Below are positions 27,005-41,500 of a stretch of DNA of 64,000 nt, in pieces (the stretch's first letter is position 1; each line of letters opens with the position of its first letter). The notes under the pieces are model-generated. The model did not search any database. It had not been told where the DNA came from and saw only the letters and a list, made by a program, of their open reading frames with translations. Source of the stretch: Anaeramoeba ignava BMAN (taxonomy: Eukaryota > Protista > Anaeramoebae); NCBI GenBank assembly GCA_028826165.1, contig JAPDFW010000006.1, forward strand, positions 1 through 64,000, written 5' to 3'. The position numbers were made by a program, and so were the translations under genes.

Positions 27005-30000
27005 ATGAACGCATTTGCCATTTTTAAAAAAAAACATTTGATAATAACGATTTTAATAATAATAATACAAGTGACTTTAACAACAAGTGAAGGAATACGA
27101 ACGAATAAACACGAGACAAATAAGTCAACGGAAGAAGAAAAACTTTTTGCAATTGTTGGATGTAATCGATATGTAGCAACATATGGAAGTGATTTTGGGA
27201 ATAATTGCGATCATGATGATCATCCTTGCGCAACAATTTCACGAGCAGTTTCTAAAGCATCTCAAAACGATGTTATTTGTGTGTTTTCAGGCACTTATTA
27301 TCTTCAAAACCCTATTTATATTAATGATAAAATTGTTACTATTCGTTCTCTTGATTCTTATCTTACTACTTTTATTGATGGTGGAAATTCTCATTCTTGT
27401 GTTGGTATTTATACTACTGATGATCATTATCCTGTTAGTTTTCAAGGCTTTACTTTCCAAAATTGCAAATATGCTGATTCTACAAACTGTATGTTTTTCT
27501 ATTAAAATTAAAATTAAAATCAAAATTAAAATTATAATTAAAATTAAAATTTAAAATCAAAATTAAAATTAAAATTAAAATTAAAATTAAAATTAAAATT
27601 AATATTAAAATTAAAATTAAAAATTAAAATTAAAAATTAAAATTAAAATTAAAATTAAAATTAAAATTAAAATTAAAATTAAAATTAAAATTAAAATTAA
27701 AATTAAAATTAAAATTAAAATTAAAATTAAAATTAAAATTAAAATTAAAATTAAAAATTAAAATTAAAATTAAAATTAAAATTAAAATTAAAATTAAAAT
27801 TAAAATTAAAATTAAAATTAAAATTAAAAATTCAAAACTTAAAATTAAAATTAAAATTAAAATTAAAATTAAAATTAAAATTAAAATTAAAATTAAAATT
27901 AAAATTAAAATTAAAATTAAAATTAAAATTAAAATTAAAATTAAAATTAAAACTAAAATTAAAATTAAAATTAAAATTAAAATTAAAATTAAAATTAAAA
28001 TTAAAATTAAAATTAAAATTAAAATTAAAAATTAAAATTAAAATTAAAATTAAAATTAAAATTAAAATTAAAATTAAAATTAAAATTAAAATTAAAATTA
28101 AAATTAAAATTAAAATTAAAATTAAAATTAAAATTAAAATTAAAATTAAAATTAAAATTAAAATTAAAATTAAAATTAAAATTAAAATTAAAATTAAAAT
28201 TAAAATTAAAATTAAAATCAAAATTAAAATTAAAATTAAAATAAAAATTAATATTAAAATTAAAAATCAAAAATTAAAATTAATTTATAAAATTAAAATT
28301 AAAATTAAAATTAAAATCAAAATTAAAATTAAAATTAAAATTAAAATTAAAATTAAAATTAAAATTAATATTAAAATTAAAATTAAAATTAATATTAAAA
28401 TTAAAATAAAAATTAATATTAAAATTAATTTATAAAATTAAAATTAATTTATAAAATTAAAATTAAAATTAAAATTAAAATTAAAATTGATTAGTTCAAG
28501 GAGGAGCTATAAATTTATATTGTACACAAAACGGAGCATCACATGAATTTCAAAATTGTATGATTGATGATAATTATGGGAATAAAGGAGGAGGTATATT
28601 TGATAAAGGATGCGATTTAATACTTGATAATGTGGAAATTCATGATAATCAAGCAGTATATGCAGGAGGAGGATTCTATTGTCAAAATCAATCTGATTAT
28701 ACACCAAAATTAACAATAACAGACTCCAAAATTTTTTCAAATACACTTACATCAGGAGTAGGAAGTAATGTTTATAATTATGAATCAGGATGTGAAATGG
28801 ATAATGGAACTAATATTGAAAATTGTGGAACTTGTGAAGGTGATGCAACTTGCAATATTTCAGGAATTTGTGTTTGTTTCCCAGGTTCTTATCAATATAA
28901 TACTACTTATTGTATTGATTGCCAAGCAGGGTATTATAGTTCAGAATATAATTCACCAACATGTACACCTTGTAGTGAAAATTACTATTCTGAATCAAGT
29001 GCACCCGAATGTATTCCATGTCCATATTTAACAACTTCTTCACAAGGTATTTAATAGAATTAAAATCAAAATTCATTTTATATTTAAAATCAAAATCAAA
29101 ATTCATTTTATATTTAAAATCAAAATCAAAATTCATTTTATATTTAAAATTAAAATCAAAATTCATTTTATATTTAAAATCAAAATTCATTTTATATTTA
29201 AAATAAATTCATTTTATATTTAAAATCAAAATTCATTTTATATTTAAAATCAAAATTCATTTTATATTTAAAATTAAAATCAAAATTCATTTTATATTTA
29301 AAATTAAAATTCATTTTATATTTAAAATTAAAATTCATTTTATATTTAAAATTCATTTTATATTTAAAATTAAAATTCATTTTATATTTAAAATTAAAAT
29401 TCATTTTATATTTAAAATTAAAATTCATTTTATATTTAAAATCAAAATTCATTTTATATTTAAAATCAAAATTCATTTTATATTTAAAAAAAAAGGTGCA
29501 AGTCAATGTACTCCACCAGCTATTACAAATTTTGCAACAACAAATTTAACATCAACAAGTATTGCAATGTTTTGGGATGCATCTCAACCATTTGAAGTAG
29601 ATGAATACCAATTAAATTTTACATACATAAACGGATCAAACATTTATAACATCGAGCCAATAACACAATACACACTTTCAGGTTTACTCTCAGGAATCTA
29701 CACAATGAAAATAAGAGGATACAACTCACAAGGATATGGGCCATGGACTTCAGAATTACAAATTGCAACATTAACCGCAGAAATGCCAAGCCCACCTCAA
29801 TTAACAGCTATCAATTTGACCTCGACATCATGGGAAGTTATCTGGAGTGAACCCTATAATGGAGGCCAGGAAATCACTACTTATGAAATCTCTTACCAAT
29901 ACAATGAAACTTATACTGTTGTCATAAACACAACAAATCTCACTTATACAGCAACAAACCTTCTTTCAGGAGAATATGATGTTTATGCAAAAACATATAC

Positions 30001-33000
30001 AAGTAATTTTGTCAGCAATACTTCAACAACAAAAGCTTGGACAAATCCTGCAGAACCACCAAGCACAATGGATCCTGTTTTTAGTTTAGGGAACACATCA
30101 ACATCAATTTATTTTGGATGGAATCCACCAGCATACAGTGGAGGAAAGACACTTACCAAATATCAAATCTCACTTGAAGGAAAAACACCAACTTCAATTA
30201 TTGACGTCTCAATTTTGAATTTAACATATAATTCAACGAATCTTTATTCCGGTTCTTATATGGTTTCTATCCGCGCTTACTCGGACAATATCTCCCTTGC
30301 TGATTGGAGTGAGCCAACAAACCTCTCAACACTTCCGCCTGTTGAACCTGATCAAATCAGCAGTTTCCAAAACCAGACTTCAACAACTTGGATCGAAATC
30401 TCGTGGGATACACCTTTCTTTGGCGGTTCGGCTTTGCTCGGGTATTATGTCCAATATCAAATTTGTGGAGATAGCAGTTGGGGAGAACAGAATCTTACTG
30501 CATCTCAAAAAAGTTTCAATTTGACAGATATTCATAACGGCACCTATTGTTTCGTTGTTTTTGCTTTTAACGCTGTTGGAAACGCAACAGGAGCCGATAT
30601 AAGCTTATCAACATTAATGCCAGTTCAACCTGGAATAATAGATACAATTTACAAGGTGAGTGGAACACAATTCAGTATTGAAATTGGGTGGATAGAGCCT
30701 GAATTTGATGGAGGATTGCCGATAGAAAACTACACAATTTACTACGGATTAACAACAGTTGGCCTAAGTCAGATAAACACAGCAAATACAACAACGTCGT
30801 ATAATTTGACAGGTCTTGTTTCTGATAGTCTTTATTATATTAAGATTGCAGCAAATACTATGGAGTATTCTGGAGCTGCAAGTTCGTTTTTCAACTTCAC
30901 AACAAACACATCATCTGTACCAAGTCAGATAACTAATCTCACAAAGGTCAATGCAACACCCATTTCGATCTACCTTTGTTTGGGATGCTCCTGCTAGCAA
31001 TGGAGGAATGGATCTTATTAATTATTATTTTTCATATGAATTAGAATCTTCAACAATCATTTTTTCGAATAAAACCTTACTTCCTCCAGATAAAACGGAT
31101 TACAATCTCACTGTGGATTACTCGGGAGAATACAAAATGAGGATCACATCAATCAACGGCAACGGACAAGCGCTTTGGTCAGATTATTTTTATTATAGCA
31201 CAGAAAACGCTGTTGGACCAAGCGCAGTTGTAAATCTAACAGCAAACAACACAGATTCGTTCTCTATCAAATTAGATTGGGAAACTCCAGTCTACAACGG
31301 AGGAGCGAGTATTGAGGCATACACGGCAGAAATTGTATGGAGTACTGATCCAAATGTAAACTACTCAATCACAACAATCTCGACTTCTGTTTTTTTCACA
31401 TCCCTCTATTTCGGTCAGTACGAAATCAGTGTTTGGGCAACAAATGCAGCTGGAGATGGAGAGTTGAATCAGATGAACTTTTCTCTTCCAGATATTCCTG
31501 GATCTGTTCCTGGCGAGGTTTTGAATCTCATTCAAACAAACGCTTATTACACCTCCTTCACAGTTTCTTGGGATGCTGCGTTCGATAATGGCGCTCCTAT
31601 TCTTACTTACTATCTCAACATCAAAGAGCTACAACGCAACTACACTTGGTACAATACCTCTGTTTCACCTACACAGCTGACATTTACAGATGAGCCCATT
31701 CTTAGTGGTTCTTATGGTGTCTATGTCATTGCTGAAAACAGATTCGGAAACTCGACAGATACCTTCCGTATGGCAAACACATTGTCTTCAACTGTTCCTG
31801 CTCAAATGAGTGATATCAATGCCACATCAAACTCATCCATCTCTTTCAATGTCACATGGACAGATCCGAATAACGGTGGCAGCTTGATTACTGGATATCT
31901 CCTCAATTACACTCTTCTTGAGACTTCTGCTTCTTTTATTAAGACGATTGACGTTGGCACTTTTGAATACACTGTAACGGATGTTTTATCTGGCAATTAT
32001 TCCATTTGCATGAAAGCAATTAACATCAATGGGGAAAGTAATTTCTGGAGCAATGTGGTTGATGTTGAAACACTCCCACCAACATATCCAACAAGCATTG
32101 TCGGTTTTGATTCAATCGCAACACGAACATCATTGAACATAAGTTGGATTGGCCCAGAAAGCAACGGAGGAGCAGAGGTTACTGGATATTACGTTGCATA
32201 TGAAATATCTCCAACAAGCAAAGAAAAGTATCGAAAAACAACGGATGCAAAAAATTTGGGACTTTCATACAATTTCACTGCACAACCGAAACTGGATTTA
32301 GAAGGCTTACTCACACAAACCTTCTACACATTTACTGTCATTGCCACCAACTCATTCTACAACGGAACAGCAACCGAATTCGAAGCAAGCACTGCGCAAT
32401 ATGCTCCTGCTCAAATCAAAGGCGTTGTATTAAAAGGCGTGACATCAACATCGCTGACAATCGGTTGGGATGATCCAAACGACAGCGAGATCACCGGATA
32501 CAACATCTCAATCAACGGAACAGTTGTGCTAACAATTGAGGCCGCATCGCAATTTCTGGCAACAGTAACAGACCTTGAACCAGCAGTATATTATGCTGTT
32601 GCAGTTTGCGCATTTGTCGGCAATTACACAGGCAATTACAGCGAACCTCTTGAAGTGGTTACTGATCCTGATGTTCCAGGTCCAGTCAGCTCAATGAGTC
32701 TTGACAGCAGCACAGATAATTCTCTCACAATCAAATGGAGTGCTGCAAATCCCAATGGAAAACCTATTGAATACTATCTTGTCAACGCAACGGACGGAAG
32801 TTCTCAGCCGCTTCTTGCATATCCAGTCTCCACAAAAACAACATTTGCAAATCTGAAGGCATCCACAAAATACTATTTCACAATCACCGCTCACAACTCA
32901 ATCGGCGACAGCGAAACTTCCCCGCAACAAGACTTCTCCACAAAAGCAAAACTCAACGTGGGATTGATTGCAGGTCTCACAGTCTCGTTGTGCTCAGTCG

Positions 33001-34640
33001 GAATCATCATTGCAGTTATCGTTGTCTGGAAAAGAAAAGCACCAAAAATTCCGAAATTGCCCCCGCCTCCAGATTTTACACCTTTCATGTACGGGACTAT
33101 TTACGAGGCAGAATTTTCCGACGAAGAAAAACAGAAAATCGAAGGCATGGCAGATCTCAAGGAGATCATCGTAGATCCTGAACTGGATCTTGTAAAAGCA
33201 CTTTTCCGAGTTGTTCGTCCATCAGACGCAGATTCACTTTGCAGAGCAACCACTTTCCTTCTTGAAGGAGACGGCAAAGAAACAGGACTCGATCTCATCA
33301 AATACACAATACGCAAAGAAACAAACGAGATCATTGATCCAACAACGCTTTTCCGAAGCAACAGTTTTGCAAGTAAGCTTCTTGGTGTCTATTCAAAGCT
33401 TTACGGATTACCGTATTTGTACCGGACAATTGCTTTTGAGATTTTCATGATTTGCCAAGAACTAACGGATCCTGTTGAGGTTGACGAGCGCAAGCTTCAA
33501 GACGTCAAAGAAGATGTTGATCTTGAAGATCCTGACATCAATTCTATTGATGTGAATAAATGGCGACTTTTAGTTTCCGGTCAAAAAATTCTTCATCGTA
33601 TTTGCAAGTCAGCTTCTCGTACTCCTGTTCAATTCAAGGAGATCAGCCGAGAACTTCAACAACGTATTTCCTATAAGTTTCCTGACTCAAGAGATCTTGC
33701 TGTTGGATCGTTCTTCTTTCTTAGGTTTATTTGTCCTTCTATTATTGCTCCTGATGCTTATGGTTTGGTTTCTTCTGCTCCAAGTGATACTGCAAGAAGG
33801 CATCTTGTTCTTGTTGCAAAAACTCTTCAGAATGTTGCTAATGGAACCAAGTTTAAAGAAGAGAGTTTGGAGGATCTTTCTATTTTTATATCTGCTAATA
33901 AACAAAAAGCATATGATGTACAAATTCAATTAAAATCAAAATTAATTTAAAATTCATTTATAAAATTCAATTAAAATCAAAATTAAAATTCAAATTAAAA
34001 TTCAATTAAAATTCATTTATAAAATCCAATTAAAATTAAAATCAAAATTAAAATTAAATTATAAAATTAAAATTAAAATTACAATTAAAATTCATTTATA
34101 AAATTAAAATTAAAATTCATTTATAAAATTAAAATTCATTTATAATTCAATTAAAATTAAAATTAAAATTAAAATTCAATTATAAAATTCATTTTATAAA
34201 ATTAAAATTAAAATTAAAATTAAAATTAAAATTAAAATTAAAATTAAAATTAAAATTCATTTATAAAATTAAAATTAAATTTAAAATTCAATTATAAAAT
34301 TCATTTATAAAATTCAAATTAAAATTAAAATTCATTTAAAATTCATTTATAAAATTAAAATTCAATTATAAAATTCATTTATAAAATTAAATTTATTTTC
34401 TTTATTTAGTTCTTCGACCAAATAGCTCAACCTGTTGAAAGAACTGAAGAGGTGGCTCAAATTCAAATTCCTAAAAATGTTCTTGATAGTTCTCTTGCTG
34501 TTTTTCACAGATTTATTTCTTTCCATAAAGATCGACTTTTGGAAGATCTTGAAGAAAATGATCCAGATTTAAAAGCAAAGTTAATTCCAATAATAGAAAG
34601 AATTGGAGAACCAATCAAACGTCAAAAAACAAAGATTTAA
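27005..34640 (+). CDS. Single-pass receptor RasGAP: signal peptide, pectin-lyase/POMP-like beta-helix, Cys-rich TNFR/ephrin-like region, 12 fibronectin type III repeats, TM helix, cytoplasmic RasGAP (about 1,895 aa); 4 exons, 1-nt insertion at ~30971
   Basis: Exons 27005-27488, 28495-29046, 29496-33917 and 34410-34640, all GT-AG and phase-compatible. HPCATISRAV, GGAI/GGGI/AGGGF, CQAGYYS...CTPCSENYYS, 12 W..P..xGG FN3 cores, TM GLIAGLTVSLCSVGIIIAVIVVW-KRK, arginine finger LFRSNS, FFFLRFICPSIIAP, LVAKTLQNVANG. Confidence 0.9.
27505..28488 (+). repeat. (AAAATT)n microsatellite filling intron 1 of the receptor RasGAP
   Basis: Near-perfect hexamer array of about 1 kb. Confidence 0.95.
29058..29487 (+). 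repeat. 24-30-nt minisatellite (AAAATTCATTTTATATTTAAAATC) filling intron 2 of the receptor RasGAP
   Basis: Tandem copies visible between the donor at 29047 and the acceptor at 29495. Confidence 0.92.
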
Positions 34641-34740
34641 TTTTGTTGTTTTCCTTGTTTTCCTTGTTTTCTTTTTCTTTTTCTTTTTCTTTTAAAAAAC
34701 AAAAGAAAAACAAATTAAAAAACAAAAACAAAAAAAAAAC

Positions 34741-34786
34741 TTTTTTCATTTTTCATTTTTCATTTTTTTCATTTTTTTCATTTTTA
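34741..34786 (+). promoter_or_regulatory. Tandem TTTCATTT (Inr-like) motifs upstream of VPS29
   Basis: Five TCATT copies in a T tract 35-80 nt before the ATG at 34822. The same arrangement precedes other genes. Confidence 0.45.
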
Positions 34787-34821
34787 AAAAAATAAAAATA
34801 ATTATAAAAATAATTATAAAA

Positions 34822-36908
34822 ATGATTGTTCTTATTATTGGAGATATTCATATTCCTTATAAATCAAGTGAAATTCCAGAAAAATTTAAAAATCTTTTTC
34901 AACAAGGCAAAATTGATTATTTGATTTGTACAGGAAATTTAACAACAAAATCAACACTTGATTATTTAAAAACAATTACAAAAGAAATATATATTGCTCG
35001 AGGTGATTCTGATGATGATGTAGATTATTATTTAATAAATAAATTAATAAATAATTTAATAAATAAATTAATAAATAAATTAATAAATTAATAAATAAAT
35101 AAATAAATAAATTAATAAATAAATTAATAAATATAAATTAATAAATAAATTAATAAATAAATTAATAAATAATTTAATAAATAAATTAATAAATAAATTA
35201 ATAAATAAATTAATAAATAAATTAATAAATAAATTAATAAATAAATTAATAAATAAATTAATAAATAAATTAATAAATAAATTAATAAATAAATTAATAA
35301 ATAAATTAATAAATAAATTAATAAATTAATAAATAAATTAATAAATAAATTAATAAATAAATTAATAAATAAATTAATAAATAAATTAATAAATAAATTA
35401 ATAAATAATTTAATAAATAAATTAATAAATAAATTAATAAATAAATTTAAAAATAAATAAATTAATAAATAATTTAATAAATAAATTAATAAATAAATTA
35501 ATAAATAAATAAATTAATAAATAAATTAATAAATAAATTTAATAAATAAATTAATAAATAAATTAATAAATAAATTAATAAATAAATTAATAAAATAAAT
35601 AAATTAATAAATAAATAATTTAATAAATAAATTAATAAAATAAATTAATAAATAAATTAATAAATAAATTTAATAAATAAATTAATAAATAAATTAATAA
35701 ATAAATTAATAAATAAATTAATAAATAAATTAATAAATAAATTAATAAAAATTAATAAATAAATTAATAAATAAATTAATAAATAAATTAATAAATAAAT
35801 TAATAAATAAATTAATAAATAAATTAATAAATAAATTAATAAATAAATTAATAAATTAATAAATAAATTAATAAATAAATTAATAAATAATTTAATAAAT
35901 AAATTAATAAATAAATTAATAAATAAATTAATAAATAATTTAATAAATAAATTAATAAATAAATTAATAAATAAATTAATAAATAATTTAATAAATAAAT
36001 TAATAAATAAATTAATAAATAAATTTTTAATAAATAAATAATAAAAATTTAATAAATAAATTAATAAATAAATTAATAAATAAATTAATAAATAAATTAA
36101 TAAATAAAATAAATAAATTAATAAATAAATTAATAAATAAATAAATTAATAAATAAATTAATAAATAAATAAATTAATAAATAAATTAATAAATAAATTA
36201 ATAAATAAATTAATAAATAATTTAATAAATAAATTAATAAATAAATTAATAAATAAATTAATAAATAAAAATTTAAATAAAAATAAATTAAATAAATTAA
36301 TAAATAAATTAATAAATAAATTAATAAATAATTTAATAAATAAATTAATAAATAAATTAATAAAAATAAATAAATTAATAAATAAATTAATAAATAAATT
36401 TAAATAAATTAATAAATAAATTAATAAATAAATTCAATAAATAAAATTTAATAAATAAATTTCAATAAATAAATTAATAAATAAATTTAAATAAATAAAT
36501 AAATTAATAAATAATTTAATAAATAATTAATAAATTAATAAATAAATTAATAAATAAATTAATAAATAATAAATAAATTAATAAATAAATTAATAAATAA
36601 ATTAATAAATAAAAATAAATAAATTAATAAATAAATTAATAAATAAATTAATAAATAAATTAATAAATAAATTAATAAATAAATAATTTAATAAATAATT
36701 AATAAATAAATTAATAAATTAATAAATAAATTAATAAATAAATTAATAAATAAATTAATAAATAAAAATAAATAAATTAATAAAAAATTAATAAATAAAT
36801 TAATAAATTAATAAATAAATTAATAAATAAATTAATAAATAAAAATAAATAAATAAATAAATTAATAAATAAATAAATAAATTAATAAATAAAATAAAAA
36901 TAAATTAA

Positions 36909-36943
<35 letters not shown>

Positions 36944-38311
36944 ATAAATAAATTAATAAATAAATTAATTAATAAATTAATAAATTAATAAATAAAAATT
37001 TAATAAATAAATTAATAAATAAATTAATAAATAAATTAATAAATAAATTAATAAATAAATTAATTAATAAATAAATTAATAAATAAATTAATAAATAAAT
37101 AAATTAATAAATAAATTAATAAATAAATTAATAAATAAATTAATAAATAAATTAATAAATAAATTAATAAATAAATTAATAAATAAATTAATAAATAAAT
37201 TAATAAATAAATAAATTAATAAATAAATTAATAAATAAATAAATTAATAAAAATAAATAAAAAATAAATAAATAAATAAATAAATAATAAATTAATAAAT
37301 AAATTAATAAAATAAATAAATAAATAAATTAATAAATAAAATAAATAAATAAATTTAATAAAATAAAATTAATAAATAAATAAATAAATAAATTAAAAAA
37401 AAAAATTAATAAATAATAAATAAAAATAAATAAATTAATAAATAAATAAAATAAATAAATTAATAAATAAATTAATAAATAAATTAATAAATAAATTAAT
37501 AAATAAATAAATAAATAAATTAATAAATAATTTAATAAATAAAAAAATAATAAATAAATTTAATAAATAAATTAATAAATAAATTAATAAATAAATTAAT
37601 AAATAAATAAAAATAAATAATAAATAAATTAATAAATAAATTAATAAATAAATTAATAAATAAATTAATAAATAATTTAATAAATAAATTAATAAATAAA
37701 TTAATAAATAATTTAATAAATAAATAAATAAATTAATAAATAAATTTAATAAATAAATTAATAAATAAATTAATAAATAAATTAATAAATAAATTAATAA
37801 ATAATTTAATAAATAAATTAATAAATAAATTAATAAATAAATTAATAAATAATTTAATAAATAAATTAATAAATAAATTTAATAAATAAATTAATAAATA
37901 AATTAATAAATAAATAAATATTTAATAAATAATTTTTGGAAATAGGAACTTGGATTTGAATTAGAAAATTCATTACAAATTGAATCATTTAAAATTGGAT
38001 TAATTCATGGGCATCAAGTAGTTCCTTGGGATGATTCAAAAACATTATCAATTTTCCAAAAAAAAATGGGAACTGATATTCTTATTTATGGAAATACACA
38101 CGAAAGCAAAGTTTTTAAATTAGAAGAAAAACTTTATATTAATCCAGGTTCTTTAACAGGAGCTTATCATCCAACTCAATTAGATACAATCCCTTCTTTT
38201 GTTGTTTTGGATATCCAAAAAGATTCTTTAACTTCTTATATTTACAAACTTAAAGATGGTGAAGTTAATGTTGAGAAATTTACTCACAAAAAAGAACCTT
38301 TAAATAATTAA
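34822..38311 (+). CDS. VPS29: Retromer subunit VPS29; 2 exons
   Basis: Exons 34822-35019 and 37946-38311. MIVLIIGDIHIP...ICTGNL...ARGDSD, IGLIHGHQVVPW, DILIYGNTH, INPGSLTGA, PSFVVLDI. Confidence 0.96.
35030..37932 (+). repeat. 12-nt satellite (AATAAATAAATT) filling the 2.9-kb VPS29 intron (35020-37945)
   Basis: Continuous tandem array with almost no G or C. Confidence 0.95.
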
Positions 38312-38535
38312 TTTCTTCTTTTTTTTTTTGCTTTTTTTTAATTCGATTTGATTTCTTTGCTTTTTTTTTTTTACAAATTCAAAAAATTTTTAAAAAATTT
38401 TAATTAATTAATTAATTAATAAATAAAAAAGAAAGATTTGATGAAATAAAATTTTTTTCCATTTTTCTTTTTTTTTTTCTTTTTATCTTTTTTCTTTTTT
38501 TCTTTTCTTTTTGGCTTTTTAGGGATTTTTCTAAA

Positions 38536-41500
38536 ATGATAAAGTGTTGTGGAGTTCCATTGTATGATAAACGAAAAAAAAGGTGTAGAAGATTAAAATC
38601 ACCAGTAAAATAAAAATCAAATTAAAAATTCAAATTAAAAAATTCAAATTAAAAAATTAAAATTAAAAAAATCAAATTAAAAAATCAAATTAAAAAAATT
38701 TTTTTTTCTTCATCAAAAATCGATCAATTAAAAAAAAAAAAAACAAAATTAATTAATTAAAAAAAATAACACGTTGAAAAAATAGTATTTACTTGATTTA
38801 GTTAGTGATAGAGTAAAGAGTAGATTATTAACAATTACTATTTTCCTTTCTGTGTTTACTTTTGCTGGTTATACTTTATTTTGGGAAGTTATGCATAGAC
38901 CAACTAATTTAGCAACAGCTCCTTATAAACCAACAAAAGTATTTTCTAATTTCAATAAATTCAACATTTCAATAATTCAAAAATTTTTTCTTTTTTTTCC
39001 TTTTTTGATCATAGATTACAGTTTTAAAAAGTCCTTCTTCTCAAGCAACAGTAGGAGTTCCTTTTACCACTCAACCAAGTGTAAATTAAAATTAAAATCA
39101 AAATCAAAATCAAAATCAAAATTAAATTCAAAATCAAAATTAAAATCAAAATCAAAAATTAAAATCTAAATCAAATTCAAAATCAAAATCAAAATCAAAA
39201 TCAAAATCAAAATCAAAATCAAAATCAAAATTAAAATTAAAATTAAAATCAAAATTAAAATCAAAATTAAAATCAAAATTAAAATCAAATTCAAAATTAA
39301 AATCAAAATCAAAATCAAAATCAAAATTAAAATTCAAAATCAAAATTAAAATCAAAATCAAAATCAAAATCAAAATCAAAATCAAAATCAAAATTCAAAT
39401 TCAAAATTAAAATTAAAATTAAAATAAAAATCAAATTCAAAATCAAAATTAAAATTTAAAAAAATAGGTTCAAGTTTATGGCCAAGATGGAACAATGGGA
39501 GTTCAAGGAGTAGAAGTTATTGCGAAAGCATATTATTATGATCCAAGTCTTACAAAAAGATTTGAAGGAGCTTCTTTAGATGATGTATTATCTCCTGATT
39601 ATATTGAAGCAAATGTATCTTTATCAACAATGAATCAACTTAAAATTTATCAACCCATTCTTTCAGGAGATACAGTTGCTTATTCAAATGAAGTATTTTT
39701 CAAACTGTTTTTTTTTAAAAAATAAATTGAAAAAATAAATTGAAAAAAATAAATAGGAAGGAATTGTTAATTTTGATAACTTATCATTTGTTGCTGGATA
39801 TCCTGGAATAAATACAATTTATTTTGAATCTGAAGGTATTTTATCAGCTACAGAAGTTCTTGTTACTCTTAAAGGATCTGGTATTTTATTTTAAATTGAA
39901 AAAATCATTCAATTGAATTAAATTAAATTATTTTTTTTTTTTTTTGATTCAAAAATTTAGTTTCTTCTATTGAATTTAGTTCTAATCCTCCTCAAAATAT
40001 ATCAATGGATGAAACAACTCAAGTTCAATCAATTTATGCTACAATCAAAGATACTGTAGGTGAACCTTTATCAGGAAAATTTATGACTTTGTTTGCTTTA
40101 AATGATTTGGATATTTTTGGAGATTTTATGAACCAAAGATTTTGTAATTCAAATTAAAAAAAAAATCTTTTCAATTCAATTCTCAAAATTAAAAAAAAAA
40201 CAATTTAGATTGGATGTCAACTCATATTTTAGGTCCATCTGATGAGGATGGAATTATTAATGTAGATTTGAATATAACAGGAACAAATACAAAAACTTTA
40301 TTTTTTCAAGTTGCTTGTGAAGGAAATTTATTAAATTGGGTTTATTCTGAAAATAATATTTATCAACCAACTAAAGTTATCTCAAATGGTTTATACAAAA
40401 AAAATTATAAAAATTAAAAAATTCAAAATCAAAATTAAAATCAAAATCAAAATCAAAATTAAAATCAAATCAAAATCAAATTCAAAAATTTCCTTCTTTT
40501 TTTTCTAGTTGAATCTGTTTTGATTCTTCAACAACCTTCTCCAAATATTATTTTCGAAAATGAAACATTTTCAATTCAACCAGTTGTCCAAGTTTTGGAT
40601 TCAAATGGTAAAGAAAAATCATCCAAATCTAAAATAAAATAAATTCATTTTTGATTTTTATTTGATTTTTATTTTAGGAACTGGAATTGCTGGAAAAAGA
40701 GTTTTTGCAATGATTTCAACTCAATTAGATTCAACTCTTCCATATTTTATTTCTGATTTATCTGATCAAGAAACAAAAAGTTTAATCAATCCAATAAGTT
40801 CAGAAACTGATTCTGATGGAAAGTAAAAAAAATTTTAAAGGAAAAAAAATTAATAACAAGAAAGCAAAAAAAAATTTATTCTTTTCTTTTTTGATTTTAT
40901 TTGATTTTATTTTAATTTAGAGCAACATTCCAAAATCTTGCTTTTTCGATAGATGGAAAAACCAATGAAAATAAATCATTTGCAATTTCATTTGTTTGTG
41001 ATGGAATTTCTTCAGATCCAACAAATGATATTACTGTTAAATCAAAAGTAGATCATCTTGAAGTTTTAGGGAATTCATTTAATTTTTCAGACTTATTTAA
41101 TACAGATGAAGAATGGCCTCCTGGAGCTCAATTTATAGGTCAAGTTGGCTTGATGAATCCTTCTTTACAAATTCGTGTTTTAGATTCTGATGGAAATGGT
41201 GTTTCTGGAAAAGTTCCTCATTTTAGAACTGTTAATATTAATGATACAAATGATTCACTTATTGTTATCCAAACTATTGATACAGTCTCAGAGTAATCCA
41301 AAACCAAAAATAAAATTAAAATCAAAAATAAAATCAAAACCAAAAATAAAATCAAAATCAAAATTAAAATCAAAAATTAAAATTAAAATCAAAACCAAAA
41401 ATAAAATCAAAATCAAAATTAAAATCAAAATTAAAATCAAAAATCAAAATTAAAATTAAAACCAAAATTAAAATTAAAATTAAAATCAATTAAAAATCAA

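Noticed and set aside
9560-28490. Strand bias of AAAATT arrays relative to transcription
   Set aside because: The F-box and RasGAP introns have AAAATT on the sense strand, but the DUSP intron has AATTTT, so the pattern is inconsistent.
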